DNA of 64,000 nucleotides from Escherichia coli (GTDB lineage Bacteria; Pseudomonadota; Gammaproteobacteria; Enterobacterales; Enterobacteriaceae): NCBI RefSeq assembly GCF_003790525.1, contig NZ_CP033635.1; one strand, 5' to 3'. Shown piece by piece: positions 10,017 to 19,791 of this stretch (position 1 is its first letter; each line of letters starts with the position of its first letter). The notes under the pieces were generated by a model. It saw only the letters and a program-made list of their open reading frames with translations, ran no database searches and was not told where the DNA came from. The position numbers and the translations under genes were made by a program.

Positions 10017-10339
10017 TTTTTTGCTCGCCCATATTCAACGGCTTCTTTAAGGAGTTCATTTTCCATCGTTTTTTTGCCGAGCAGACGCTGGAGTTCTTTA
10101 ATCTGCTTCATGGCGGCAGCAAGTTCAGAGGCAGGAACAACCTGTTCTCCGGCGGCGACAGCAGTAAGACTTCCTTCCTGGTATTGCTTACGCCAGAGAA
10201 ATAACTGGCTGGCTGCTACACCATGTTGCCGGGCAACGAGGGAGACCGTCATTCCCGGTTCAAAACTCTGCTGAACAATAGCGATCTTTTCCTGTGTAGT
10301 ACGCCGTCTGCGTTTCTCCGGTCCTAAGACATCAATCAT
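9974..10339 (-). CDS. insC: IS2 InsC (OrfA)
   Basis: 121 aa from the internal Met ([18 protein letters not shown]...), HTH protein; overlaps insD as in IS2. Confidence 0.9.
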
Positions 10340-11101
10340 CTGCTCTCCAATGACTAGTCTAAAAACTAGTATTAAGACTATCACTTATTTAAGTGATATT
10401 GGTTGTCTGGAGATTCATGGGGCCAGTCTACTCCCGCATTAAAATATACTGTTCTTTCCGGATAATTACGTTAAAATAGACACCTGCGTGCATCTGTGTC
10501 AGACTCCGTTAGATACCAGCGTACATTGTAAACATGCCGGATGCACGCAATACAATAATCGGTCTTTTCGGAGTTATAGTCGCCAGGCTGGCATCCCGTA
10601 AATATGTATCAGGTAGCAATTCAGGAAGCGAACAAAAGCGCCTGGAGAAGGTTATCTCTGATAATAATTTACATGAAATGTCTCCTTTATTCTTCGCGAA
10701 TAAGGCCTTCAGTGTTCTCCCCTTTTCAGCAATTCTTACCGTAGTAATCACTCCTGCCTGTGTATAACACGAGAATTGCCAGAGTTTAACGTTTCGGTAT
10801 CGTTATCCTGCATGATGTTGAACAGAACCGGGCGTGAATTCTGCGCCAGAATTTTCTTTCGAGGAACATTCCGGGTTATCTGTAGTACAGGAGGAGATTT
10901 TCTCCTATTTCAAATAAAATTCAATGACAGGTGAATATTTAAATATAAATGCATCGCTTCAACAGAGAAATCGGAATTACGCCCGGAACCAGGCCTGAAT
11001 GAATAATGGAGTAGGTAAAATAATATTATTGATGAAACTATCAAATCAAGTCCCCCTTCTCCTTCCCCAGCTTAAATATACTTACTTTTTCACTGGATAA
11101 T

Positions 11102-11461
11102 ATGTTATTGAATTACAAAGTTGATCCTGATATACAGGATTTCCGGCTCTTGCATCCAGTGATAACTTTATATAGTCCTGCAAAGGCGAACTTCGTAAAA
11201 GTATACTTTTCTGTTGTAAGCATTGAGGTATCGAAAATGAGTGAGAATACCGGAAAATCCCATGAAAATAAAATGGTTATTATTGACTGCGGGGAATATG
11301 ATGAATACCTTCGTAACGCGTGGTTCCGAGGTTTTCGGGAAGGTTATGATATGGCGATGAAATTTGGATTAGGCTGCCAGCAATGTTATGAAACAGGTGA
11401 AAAAATAGCATGCGCAAGAGCTGAAGAATGCCGTAAAAAGATTAAGGTAATAAAACACTGA
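11102..11461 (+). CDS. Hypothetical small Cys-rich protein; probable true start at the internal Met (MSENTGKSH...)
   Basis: ORF only; no family recognised; several Cys residues (CGEYDEY...CQQCYETGEKIACARAEEC). Confidence 0.3.
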   Translation: MLLNYKVDPDIQDFRLLHPVITLYSPAKANFVKVYFSVVSIEVSKMSENTGKSHENKMVIIDCGEYDEYLRNAWFRGFREGYDMAMKFGLGCQQCYETGEKIACARAEECRKKIKVIKH

Positions 11462-11589
11462 AACGGGCTGTCTGATATTTCTGTGAGCTAAAAAGACACC
11501 GTAATACAGGTATCTCACAGTAACTGAAAGATATGCACATGCCGCCAGGGAAGATTAAGGGTAAGGGAGGATATCCCTTACCTGATTGA

Positions 11590-12114
11590 TTATGGGATGA
11601 TACCACAGGCAATTCTTGCACCACCGCCACCTAGAGGTTCAGGATGGTCATCATGATTATCACCTCCTGCGTGGAGCATTAGCGAACGGCCATCGAGCTC
11701 CTTTAATTCAGATAGTCTTGGCGCAAGCACCGGGTAGGTTGCTTTTCCGTCATGAGTGACATAAAGCGCAGGGAGATCACCCAGGTGGCCATCAGGAGAC
11801 CATGGACCGAGATGCTTCCCTGTTTTTTCCGGGTCAAAGTGACCACCTGCAGATAAAGCAGCGACAGTTTTTCCATCTTTCAGGGCAGGAGCACAACTTG
11901 CGTTTTCATGTACATGAAAACCATGAATGCCGGCGGGTAAGGAGTGAAGATCAGGGGTGAACAGCAGCCCGTAGGGTGTCTTCTGGATGGTTATTTTACC
12001 AATATTTCGCTCTTTTCCGTCACTATCAACAAGATTCATTGTTACATCTTTGGTGGCTGCATATCCACAGGATGATGTAGCCAGAATCACAAAGGCAATA
12101 AGTTTACGTTTCAT
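11590..12114 (-). CDS. sodC: Periplasmic Cu/Zn superoxide dismutase, divergent accessory paralog
   Basis: 174 aa with signal peptide; metal-ligand motifs [31 protein letters not shown]. Differs substantially from the K-12 SodC sequence as recalled. Confidence 0.85.
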   Translation of the reverse strand: MKRKLIAFVILATSSCGYAATKDVTMNLVDSDGKERNIGKITIQKTPYGLLFTPDLHSLPAGIHGFHVHENASCAPALKDGKTVAALSAGGHFDPEKTGKHLGPWSPDGHLGDLPALYVTHDGKATYPVLAPRLSELKELDGRSLMLHAGGDNHDDHPEPLGGGGARIACGIIP

Positions 12115-12209
12115 AAACCCTCTGTTAACAGGTTAAAGATTTACTCAATAACTGTTGCGAAATAACAGTCAGCCAGATTTCAGGGGGATGGCTGTGCGCG
12201 AAATGAAGC

Positions 12210-13289
12210 TTACTGCATCATGACCTCACGAACGAAATCTTTTTTGAGCTGTGTACTGTACGCTTTGCCATAAAACTTCACCGTGGGCTCCGGGATCTCA
12301 TTCAGATCCGGACGGAGCTGTTTGTTCATCGGCGTGGAGCCGAAGACTTTACTCAGTGCATGTTGCGTTTCAGGCTGAATCAGCCAGTTGAGGAATAAGC
12401 GTGATGCCGCCGGATGTGGGCTGTTGGCGGCAATGGCAGCGATGTTACCGCCGCCAGGCATGCCAAACTCCGGTACGTAAAATTTCAGCCGCGAATTGAT
12501 AGCCCCGGTTTTTTGTAGTCCGACAAGATGATCTTCCCAGGATGGTGTCAGCATCAACTCGCCGTCATTCAGGCGTGTCAGACTATCAGCACCGGAGGCC
12601 GTGCGGGTAATTTTGTCCTTATTAGCGGCAAACCACTGCCAGCCTTTCTGCCAGTTTTTCACCACTGCCGGGTCAACGCTCTCCGCTTCGCTGTTAAACG
12701 TGTCGCCCTGAGTAGTGACGATGCGCTGGATAAAGGCTTCCCCAGCGCCGCCGTTGTTCGGGTCGTTATAGCCGAACTTTTTCGGGTTGGCGTCGATAAA
12801 GCTCTGCAACTGCTCCAGCGTTTGTGGCAGCGCCCGGTCACCCATCTGCTGCGGGTCGTAAGCAAATCCGGTCTGGTTGCCCCAGAACGCCACGGCATAA
12901 CCCTGGGTGTCAACGTTCTGAATCTGGTGAATGGCGTCGCCATAGCCCGGCAAATCGTCCACCTTCGCCAGCGCTTTCGCTCCCATTGCCACTGGCAGTT
13001 GCGCAACAGACAAGGCGATAACATCTATTTTACCTTTTTTTTTCCCCGCTTCTGCCAGCAACTTGTTCACGTTTCCGTCGATATTCCCTTCCGGGATGCG
13101 CACCTTAACGCCGTACTGCTGCTCAAAATCCTTCACAAAGCTGCGCCACTGCGGCTGTAAGTACCAGACGTTAAAGGTCACGCTGCCCTCTTTTTTCGCT
13201 TGGGCAATCAGGTCGGGGCTATCCGCCGCCGTTGCCAGCGAGCTGCACAGCAGGCCGCCCGCCAGAATCATCACTGTTTTTTTCATCAC
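12210..13289 (-). CDS. ABC transporter periplasmic substrate-binding protein (PotD/PotF-like family)
   Basis: 359 aa with signal peptide; last gene of a four-gene ABC operon on the minus strand. Confidence 0.75.
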   Translation of the reverse strand: MMKKTVMILAGGLLCSSLATAADSPDLIAQAKKEGSVTFNVWYLQPQWRSFVKDFEQQYGVKVRIPEGNIDGNVNKLLAEAGKKKGKIDVIALSVAQLPVAMGAKALAKVDDLPGYGDAIHQIQNVDTQGYAVAFWGNQTGFAYDPQQMGDRALPQTLEQLQSFIDANPKKFGYNDPNNGGAGEAFIQRIVTTQGDTFNSEAESVDPAVVKNWQKGWQWFAANKDKITRTASGADSLTRLNDGELMLTPSWEDHLVGLQKTGAINSRLKFYVPEFGMPGGGNIAAIAANSPHPAASRLFLNWLIQPETQHALSKVFGSTPMNKQLRPDLNEIPEPTVKFYGKAYSTQLKKDFVREVMMQ

Positions 13290-13307
13290 ATTATCTCCTG
13301 TAAAAGG

Positions 13308-14192
13308 TCAGGCTTTTCCCGTGGATTGCGACAGATAGTTCCCCTTCAGCAACTTCTCAATGATGACCATCAGGATGACATTGGGGATCACCAGAATCAT
13401 CGACACCACCGCCGCATCCGGGCGGACGAAGGAGTAGCCAAGGAAAGAGTAAAGAATGGTCGGAACGGTGATAAAGTCCGGCGCGCCCAGCACGTATGAG
13501 ATGCTGAACTCTTCCAGGCTTCGCACCAGACAAAAAATCAGCGCCGCCAGGAAGCTCGGTTTCAGCAGCGGCAGATAGGCATTGCAGAAGGTGTCCCACG
13601 CGCCGGAGCCCAGGTCGCGGCTGGCGTCGATCAGATCCTGCGGCACCGACTTAAACCCCGCAGACATAATGCGGATCGAATAGGGCAGCGTCAGTACCGT
13701 ATGGCCGATAACAATGCTGATAAACGCGTTGTCGATATTGAGGTTGATCAGCATGGCGCTGAAAAAAATCCCGATCAGCATCCCCGGCATCACCAGCGGG
13801 ATCAGAGTCAGCATCTCCGCCACCGCCTTACCGCGAAAGGTCATGCGCCCGAAGGCATACGCGGTGGGTAGCGACAGCAGCAGGCTGGCGACCGCTACCG
13901 CAGGCGCAATGGTGTAGCTGTTGAACAGCGCCTCGGAAAGCGAAGTCTTTTCCCATACCAGCAGCCAGCGGCTGAACGACAGCACGGGCGGGAAGATATC
14001 CGGGTAGCTCCACGGATGGGCCGGGTCAACCAGCGACCAGAGGATCGCCATGCCGAACGGCATGCCCAGCCAGATCAGATTAGCGACCACGAAGAAGATC
14101 AGCGAAATCGTCACCACCCGGCAACCGTTGGCAGTGTGGCTCATTTGACCTCTCCTTTGCGGGTGGCGAACGGGGTAATCAGTGTGGCTCAT
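13308..14192 (-). CDS. ABC transporter permease (PotC-like); the first 16 codons derive from a 48-bp tandem duplication
   Basis: 294 aa; N-terminus MSHTDYPVRHPQRRGQ-MSHTANGC... shows a second in-frame Met, consistent with a duplicated start junction. Confidence 0.8.
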   Translation of the reverse strand: MSHTDYPVRHPQRRGQMSHTANGCRVVTISLIFFVVANLIWLGMPFGMAILWSLVDPAHPWSYPDIFPPVLSFSRWLLVWEKTSLSEALFNSYTIAPAVAVASLLLSLPTAYAFGRMTFRGKAVAEMLTLIPLVMPGMLIGIFFSAMLINLNIDNAFISIVIGHTVLTLPYSIRIMSAGFKSVPQDLIDASRDLGSGAWDTFCNAYLPLLKPSFLAALIFCLVRSLEEFSISYVLGAPDFITVPTILYSFLGYSFVRPDAAVVSMILVIPNVILMVIIEKLLKGNYLSQSTGKA

Positions 14193-14228
14193 TTGACCTC
14201 TCCTTTGCGGGTGGCGAACGGGGTAATC
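14133..14228. repeat. Perfect 48-bp tandem duplication spanning the stop/start (ATGA) junction of the two permease genes
   Basis: agtgtggctcatttgacctctcctttgcgggtggcgaacggggtaatc occurs twice in tandem (14133-14180 and 14181-14228). Confidence 0.9.
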
Positions 14229-15055
14229 AGTGTGGCAATCAGCAACGTGCAGATGGCCGCCGTGACCATAATGATCACCGCAATCACCGCCGCGTTATTC
14301 CACTCGCCGTACTCCATGGCGGTGGCCTGCATCAGCCGCGCCAGCGAGTAGGTGTTGCGTGGCCCGGCCACCGAGAAGAAGGCGAAGTCGCCCAGCGCGC
14401 CGATAAATACCAGAATCAGCGTCACCTGCACGGCGGGCAGCGTCAGCGGCACCACCACGCCGGTAAAACTGCGCCAGCGGCTGGCACCGAGATTGCTGGC
14501 GGCGTCCAGCACGTCGTTACGGATGGCGTTGACTGCGCCGCCGACGAGGATCAGGGCGAAGGGCAGGTTTTTCCAGATTTGCAGGATAACCACGCCCCAG
14601 CCGAAGTCATCGTTCTGCATCCGCAGCGGCTCGCTGATAATCCCCAGCGCCAGCAGCAGTTCGTTGATAATGCCGTGATAAGCGACGATATTGACGAACA
14701 GAAACGCCGCCACCAGACCGGGGATAAACATCGGCGCACGCAGCACCGCGATAATGCCCTCTTTATAGGCCATCGGTTTACGCAGCCACAGCGCCAGCGG
14801 ATAGGCGAAAATCACCGAGCCGAACGACCCCAGCAGTGACACTTTCACTGAGTAGAACAGGGCGCTTTGCAACACTTCGTCCTGCAACATATTGCGCCAG
14901 TATTCCAGCGAGAAATTGCTGTCGCCTTCGATGTTGAACCAGCCCAGGCTCTGGACGATCACCACATAAAACGTCGATCCCATCAGTAGTAGGATCGTGC
15001 CCAGCCCGCTGAGCATCAGCAGCCAGGCGACCGCATCATTGCGCCAGTTTTTCAT
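14189..15055 (-). CDS. ABC transporter permease (PotB-like)
   Basis: 288 aa, about six TM segments, permease signature region; stop overlaps the start of the next permease. Confidence 0.8.
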   Translation of the reverse strand: MKNWRNDAVAWLLMLSGLGTILLLMGSTFYVVIVQSLGWFNIEGDSNFSLEYWRNMLQDEVLQSALFYSVKVSLLGSFGSVIFAYPLALWLRKPMAYKEGIIAVLRAPMFIPGLVAAFLFVNIVAYHGIINELLLALGIISEPLRMQNDDFGWGVVILQIWKNLPFALILVGGAVNAIRNDVLDAASNLGASRWRSFTGVVVPLTLPAVQVTLILVFIGALGDFAFFSVAGPRNTYSLARLMQATAMEYGEWNNAAVIAVIIMVTAAICTLLIATLITPFATRKGEVK

Positions 15056-16119
15056 GATACCGGCTCCAGAAAATGGATGGCGTTTTCCGCCAGACGGAAG
15101 CAGGCACTCTCGCCGGGGGCGACGGGCGGCTTTTTAATTAGATGTAAGCGGACCGATAACCCGCTGTCGTTGTGGCCCCAGGCTTCGGTGAGGTTGCCCA
15201 TAAAGGCCATTTTGTCGAGCGTCAGGGAGAAGTGGTTGTTGCCTGCCTGAGGCTGGCTGACATACTGCGCATCTTCCGGTCGCCAGCAGATATAGCAGTG
15301 CTCTGTGCGTGGCGGCTGTACGGAATGCACATAAAACTCGCCGAGGGCACAGCGTACCCGGTAATAGCCCGGCTGCTCTGAGGGCGTGACCTGCGCGGTG
15401 TCGATATTGGCCGCGCCGATAAAGTCGGCCACAAAGCGGTTGGCCGGACGGTAGTAAATCTCTTCCGGTTTGCCTATTTGCTCAACATTACCGGCGTTCA
15501 GCACCACAATTTTATCCGACATCGCCAGCGCTTCCGCCTGGTCGTGTGTGACGTAGATCGAGGTGAGCTGATACTGCCGCTGGAGTTCCTTGATTTCAAA
15601 ACGCACGCTTTCGCGCAGCTTGGCATCAAGGTTGGAGAGCGGTTCGTCGAACAGGATCACGTCCGGGCGGGTGATCATCGCCCGCGCCAGCGCCACGCGC
15701 TGCTGCTGGCCGCCGGAGAGCTGGGCGGGCATTTTCAGGCGCTGGCTCTCCAGCCCCACCTGCTTCAGCGCCTCCGTCAGCCGGTCCTGCTGTTCACTGA
15801 TAGCGACTTTTTTCTGCTTCAGGCCGAAGCAGATGTTGTGTGCCACGTTGAGGTGCGGAAACAGCGCATAGGACTGGAAACACATGGCGGTATTGCGCTT
15901 TTCTGGCGGCAGGGCGTTGACCGTTTTATCGCCAATCAGAATGCGTCCGCTGTCCGGCTGGTGAAAACCGCCGATCATTTTCAGCAGGGTGGTTTTACCG
16001 CAGCCGCTCGGCCCAAGCAGGGTCACGAACTCCCCCTCTTCGGCGCAGAACGAGATTTCTCTGGCGGCATAGAATTCGCCGAAGGTTTTGGTCACCTGTT
16101 CCAGAACCAGTTTTGACAT
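15052..16119 (-). CDS. ABC transporter ATP-binding protein (PotA/FbpC-like, with C-terminal regulatory domain)
   Basis: Walker [10 protein letters not shown], signature [14 protein letters not shown], Walker B ILFDEP, H-loop; 355 aa. Confidence 0.9.
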   Translation of the reverse strand: MSKLVLEQVTKTFGEFYAAREISFCAEEGEFVTLLGPSGCGKTTLLKMIGGFHQPDSGRILIGDKTVNALPPEKRNTAMCFQSYALFPHLNVAHNICFGLKQKKVAISEQQDRLTEALKQVGLESQRLKMPAQLSGGQQQRVALARAMITRPDVILFDEPLSNLDAKLRESVRFEIKELQRQYQLTSIYVTHDQAEALAMSDKIVVLNAGNVEQIGKPEEIYYRPANRFVADFIGAANIDTAQVTPSEQPGYYRVRCALGEFYVHSVQPPRTEHCYICWRPEDAQYVSQPQAGNNHFSLTLDKMAFMGNLTEAWGHNDSGLSVRLHLIKKPPVAPGESACFRLAENAIHFLEPVS

Positions 16120-16334
16120 GAGTCTCTCTTCTATCGGTTAAAAAGATGATTATTAAATTTACATACTAAACATTAAATTTATGTGACACAGATCCTTAAA
16201 GCTAAAAAATGATCTAAATATCAAATTAAAATCATATAAAACAATGGATTAACCATAAAATAACAAAAACATCTTTCACATTTAAATTTAAGTAGTAAAG
16301 TTAATTACCATCTTACATTCGAGAGGAAAAGAAG

Positions 16335-17165
16335 ATGGCGTTTAACTTTCACCGGGCGGCAGAGGGGATCGTGCTGGCCAACAGCCACCGAGGTTATTCC
16401 AGCTGCGCGCCGGAGAACACATTCCCGGCCTTTGAAGCCGCCCGCCTGGCGGGAACCCACTGTATTGAAATCGATATCCACCTGACGGCGGATAACCAAC
16501 TGGTGGTCACGCACGATCACCGTATCGACCGGGTATCCACCGGACACGGATTTGTGGAGCAGATGACGTACCCGCAGCTGCTGGCGTGCGACTTTGGCGT
16601 GAAATACCATCCGTCGTTTGCCGGAACGCGCATCCCCTTGCTGGCGGACGTGCTGCGCTGGGCGGTGGAAAACAGCATGGGGCTGATTGTTGAGGTCAAA
16701 CAGCGCAACCGCCATGACGAGTTTGTGGCGGCGCTGGTCGCACTGCTGCATGAGCATCTGGATGCCCTCGGCCATATCCAGTTGCTGGGCTTCAACCATG
16801 TGCTGATCAACCGGGTGAAGGCGCAAATCCCGCAACTGGCGTTACAGGTGGTGACGCTGGAGCGCTACAATAACCAGCTTGCGGCGGTACAGCAGTCCAA
16901 TGCCGGATGCGTCTGCTTTGAGTTCGAGTTCGCCCATATCGACGACCTGCGGGCCTACAAAAATGCCGGACTGGGCGTGCGGATGTATCTGCATGAAATG
17001 AAAAACGGCATGACGCCGCTGGAGCAGTACGACTATAAATTCGGCTGTGACAGTCGTCCGGTGATTATCGGCTGGATGCAGGCGGGGCTGATTGATATGC
17101 TCAGCCACGATGATATTCCGTATTTGCAGGGACTGATTGAAGAAGCAGGCCTGCGCTGGAACTAG
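16335..17165 (+). CDS. Glycerophosphodiester phosphodiesterase (GDPD family)
   Basis: N-terminal ...ANSHRGYSSCAPENTFPAFEAA...HCIEIDIHLTADNQLVVTHDH... matches GDPD catalytic motifs; no signal peptide, so likely cytoplasmic. Confidence 0.8.
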   Translation: MAFNFHRAAEGIVLANSHRGYSSCAPENTFPAFEAARLAGTHCIEIDIHLTADNQLVVTHDHRIDRVSTGHGFVEQMTYPQLLACDFGVKYHPSFAGTRIPLLADVLRWAVENSMGLIVEVKQRNRHDEFVAALVALLHEHLDALGHIQLLGFNHVLINRVKAQIPQLALQVVTLERYNNQLAAVQQSNAGCVCFEFEFAHIDDLRAYKNAGLGVRMYLHEMKNGMTPLEQYDYKFGCDSRPVIIGWMQAGLIDMLSHDDIPYLQGLIEEAGLRWN

Positions 17166-17180
17166 AAAAATAAGGACACC

Positions 17181-18293
17181 ATGAACGCCCACTCTGAACG
17201 CCTTGAACTACGTGGTTCGCAGCGCCTGCTGCTGGAACTGATCCGTCTCCACGCCCCGGTGACGCGGGCTGAACTGGCACGGCTGTCGGGACTGACGGCG
17301 GGGGCGATCACCCAACAGTGCCGAGAGCTGATGTTCTCCGGCCTGGTGGTGGAAGGGGAGCGCAATACCGGGCAGCGCGGCCAGCCGTCGCTGCCGTTGC
17401 GCCTTAACCCCGGCGGCGGTTGTGCTATCGGGTTGTCGTTCAGTCCCGGTTTTATCGATATGACGGTGGTCGATCTCAGTGGTCGCCAGCTGCTGTCGCT
17501 TTGCGAAGCACATCAGGAGAATCAGCCACTGGAGGCCTCTCTCGCGCAGATCAAAACCTTGGTGGAGAAAATGCTGAAAAAGCGCCAGCTCCAGCACGCA
17601 CGTATTCTCGGCATTGGCTATGCAGTGCCCGGATTTCTGAAAGCGGATGGTCGCAAGCGCCACAGCGTACCGTGGCTGGAGAGCTGGCGTGAGGTAGATC
17701 TCCAGCAGGCGTTTGCCGACAACCTGCCGTGGCCGACGTGGGTGGAAAATAATGCCAACGCCTCGGCGGTAGGTGAACTGTACAGCGGCAAATGGAATGC
17801 GTACAGCGATCTAACCTTTATCGACCTTGGCTACGGTATCGGCGCGGGTATTATCTCCGGGAATAAAATGCTACGCGGCGGGTTCTGCAATGCCGGTGAA
17901 GTCGGGATGGCGTTTCCATCCGGTACACCGCGCCCGTCGTATAAGGATTTGCTTGCCACACTGGAGCGTGAAGGATTCAGTGAAACTAAGCTACCGGAGC
18001 TGATAGCCGGGCAGCACCCACTGCTGGAAAGCTGGTTTGAACGCTGTCGTGGCCAGGTGGAGCAGACGCTCTTCAGCTGTGTGCAGTGGGTAGACCCGCA
18101 AATCATCGTACTCGGTGGCGCGATGCCGAAACCAATTATCAGTCGTCTGGTGCAGGAACTGAATCAACTGATGGAAGCCTGCCTCGATCCCAACCGCCCC
18201 AGAGTGAAGTTAGCTGCCTCTTCGATGGGAGCACAGAGTGCGTCATGCGGCGCGGCGATGCTCCCGTTGTATAAGGTGATTAATAATGGATAA
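17181..18293 (+). CDS. ROK-family transcriptional regulator (NagC/Mlc-like)
   Basis: 370 aa; N-terminal HTH followed by a ROK sugar-kinase-like fold (glycine-rich GIGYAVPG motif). Confidence 0.8.
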   Translation: MNAHSERLELRGSQRLLLELIRLHAPVTRAELARLSGLTAGAITQQCRELMFSGLVVEGERNTGQRGQPSLPLRLNPGGGCAIGLSFSPGFIDMTVVDLSGRQLLSLCEAHQENQPLEASLAQIKTLVEKMLKKRQLQHARILGIGYAVPGFLKADGRKRHSVPWLESWREVDLQQAFADNLPWPTWVENNANASAVGELYSGKWNAYSDLTFIDLGYGIGAGIISGNKMLRGGFCNAGEVGMAFPSGTPRPSYKDLLATLEREGFSETKLPELIAGQHPLLESWFERCRGQVEQTLFSCVQWVDPQIIVLGGAMPKPIISRLVQELNQLMEACLDPNRPRVKLAASSMGAQSASCGAAMLPLYKVINNG

Positions 18294-18872
18294 GAAGTTA
18301 TGTGATTGTTGCTTCTGAAAGTGATATTTTATGTTGTTAAAATGTAAAGTAATAATACAATGAGCTATCCATGATGGGGTTCTGTAAATAAACAAAACAC
18401 TCTCTTCAATTCTGCTCACCTTCGGTATTTGTGTATCATCACTGGCTACTGATAAAAACAGAACCGTCAGTTTTCCACGATGTGAAGGGCAGGAATCATC
18501 GGCTGTTGCAGCCAGCGTCAAACGGGACTATCTCCAGAAACAGGTGCTTCACTGGAAAGATGACTAGGTGATCTTCAGTCAGCAGCATCCTGTTGTCTGG
18601 GTGAATCTTCGTGAGCTGGTAAGTAAAGGTGATAATTTAGTCACAGTGCATCTCACCGCCCGGGGGAAGAAAGCCGATATTCAGTATCGGGTGCGCATTG
18701 ACTGTAAGAACGAAAACGCTATCTGGCAGCGCCAGAGATGAACGTATGGAGATAATCACAGAGTATGAACAAAAGGACTCTACATGTTCATTATGACTAA
18801 AAAACGCTGTTTTATTTTACGTTGCTGTCATAACGTGTTTATCTCAATTTTCGGGAACATGTTCTTAGCGGT

Positions 18873-18958
18873 TAGACTGGCCCCCTGAATCTCCTGCGTT
18901 TGAAGGACAGTAACAGGTTAAGTGATAACAGATGTATGAAAATATAGAGATACATCCA
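18873..18958. mobile_element. Miniature IS2-like remnant (left-end and right-end-like sequences only, ~86 bp)
   Basis: TAGACTGGCCCCCTGAATCTCC (IS2 left-end sequence) is followed within 60 bp by GTTAAGTGATAACAGATGT...ATATAG..CATCCA resembling a diverged IS2 right end. Confidence 0.5.
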
Positions 18959-19099
18959 AGGAAGAGCCACTTTTGCGCCGTTCGTGACAGTTTTGTCATG
19001 TCCTTGCTCCGGCCTGGTTTTATGTTCATAAGTCCTTCTTCACCAGTATCTTTGTAAACCTTCACCCAGTGCCAGATAATGGTTTCATTTGATATATTA

Positions 19100-19330
19100 A
19101 ACTGTGTAGTGGCCTAGCGCATGGTAAGTTCTTCACTCAAACCTTCAGGACAACTGTCAGTCGAAACTCAGGAGATCCGCGGTCATTTTGCCATGTAATA
19201 CCATCAATACCGTGGAGTTGCCAGCCCTTGACCCAGCATCGCTCTGATGTTTCTTCAACACCAAAACGTTCAGCGGTACGACGTGTACCATCGTGTCCGG
19301 CAATATAATGATTAACTACAGCTTATTCGG
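19100..19330 (-). pseudogene. IS3-family OrfA-like transposase fragment (degenerate)
   Basis: Reverse-strand translation gives ...TRRTAERFGVEETSERCWVKGWQLHGIDGITWQNDRGSPEF... (HTH-like) interrupted by stops. Confidence 0.4.
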
Positions 19331-19791
19331 TTTAGAGAAAATATTTTGGCTTTGCCATAAAAACTAACCTTAATCAGTTGGATGTCCAACTTTTGGAGGG
19401 AGAGTCCAACGATGGTACAGGATTTATTCATGTTAATTTTTCACAAACTCCTTTATTCGTGTGATGTTAATCACAAAATACCAAAGAGAACGTTGAAAAA
19501 ATAATGATACATTGTAAAAGATATATTAATTAATTTTTCATAATTTTATTATATATGCTGCATGTCAATTATTTATATATCAAAAACCGAACAAAAATAT
19601 TTATTATAGGTATTATGAAATAACCTTTCCATATTGTTTATTTTAATGCAATCAGCACAGATTACTTCAAAAATATAATTAGATGCATGAAAAGGGAGAA
19701 ACAATATATTTTATTGTTTAAGATATTTTGTTCAACATGTATGCTGAGAGATAAACTTATCGATACTTAAAAAATCCGAAAAGGAGGAATA

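Larger units (their letters stand above)
9100..10430 (-). mobile_element. IS2, complete 1331 bp
   Basis: Ends match IS2 termini (TGGATTTGCCCCTATAT at 9100; ...GGGGCCAGTCTA at 10430); insC and insD ORFs present. Flanking 5-bp sequences differ (cgatg vs ctccc), so no target-site duplication. Confidence 0.95.

Noticed and set aside
15478-16116. 212-aa plus-strand ORF (and several others such as 12528-13160, 16305-16835, 3242-3682, 17208-17663)
   Set aside because: Each lies entirely inside a longer, well-supported gene on the opposite strand (ABC ATPase, binding protein, GDPD, yaiO, ROK regulator) and has no recognisable domains; antisense shadow ORFs.
18330-18730. Plus-strand reading frame with an in-frame stop (...HWKDD*VIFSQ...) that might be a decayed small exported-protein gene
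   Set aside because: No recognisable family and the frame is interrupted; too weak to call even as a pseudogene.
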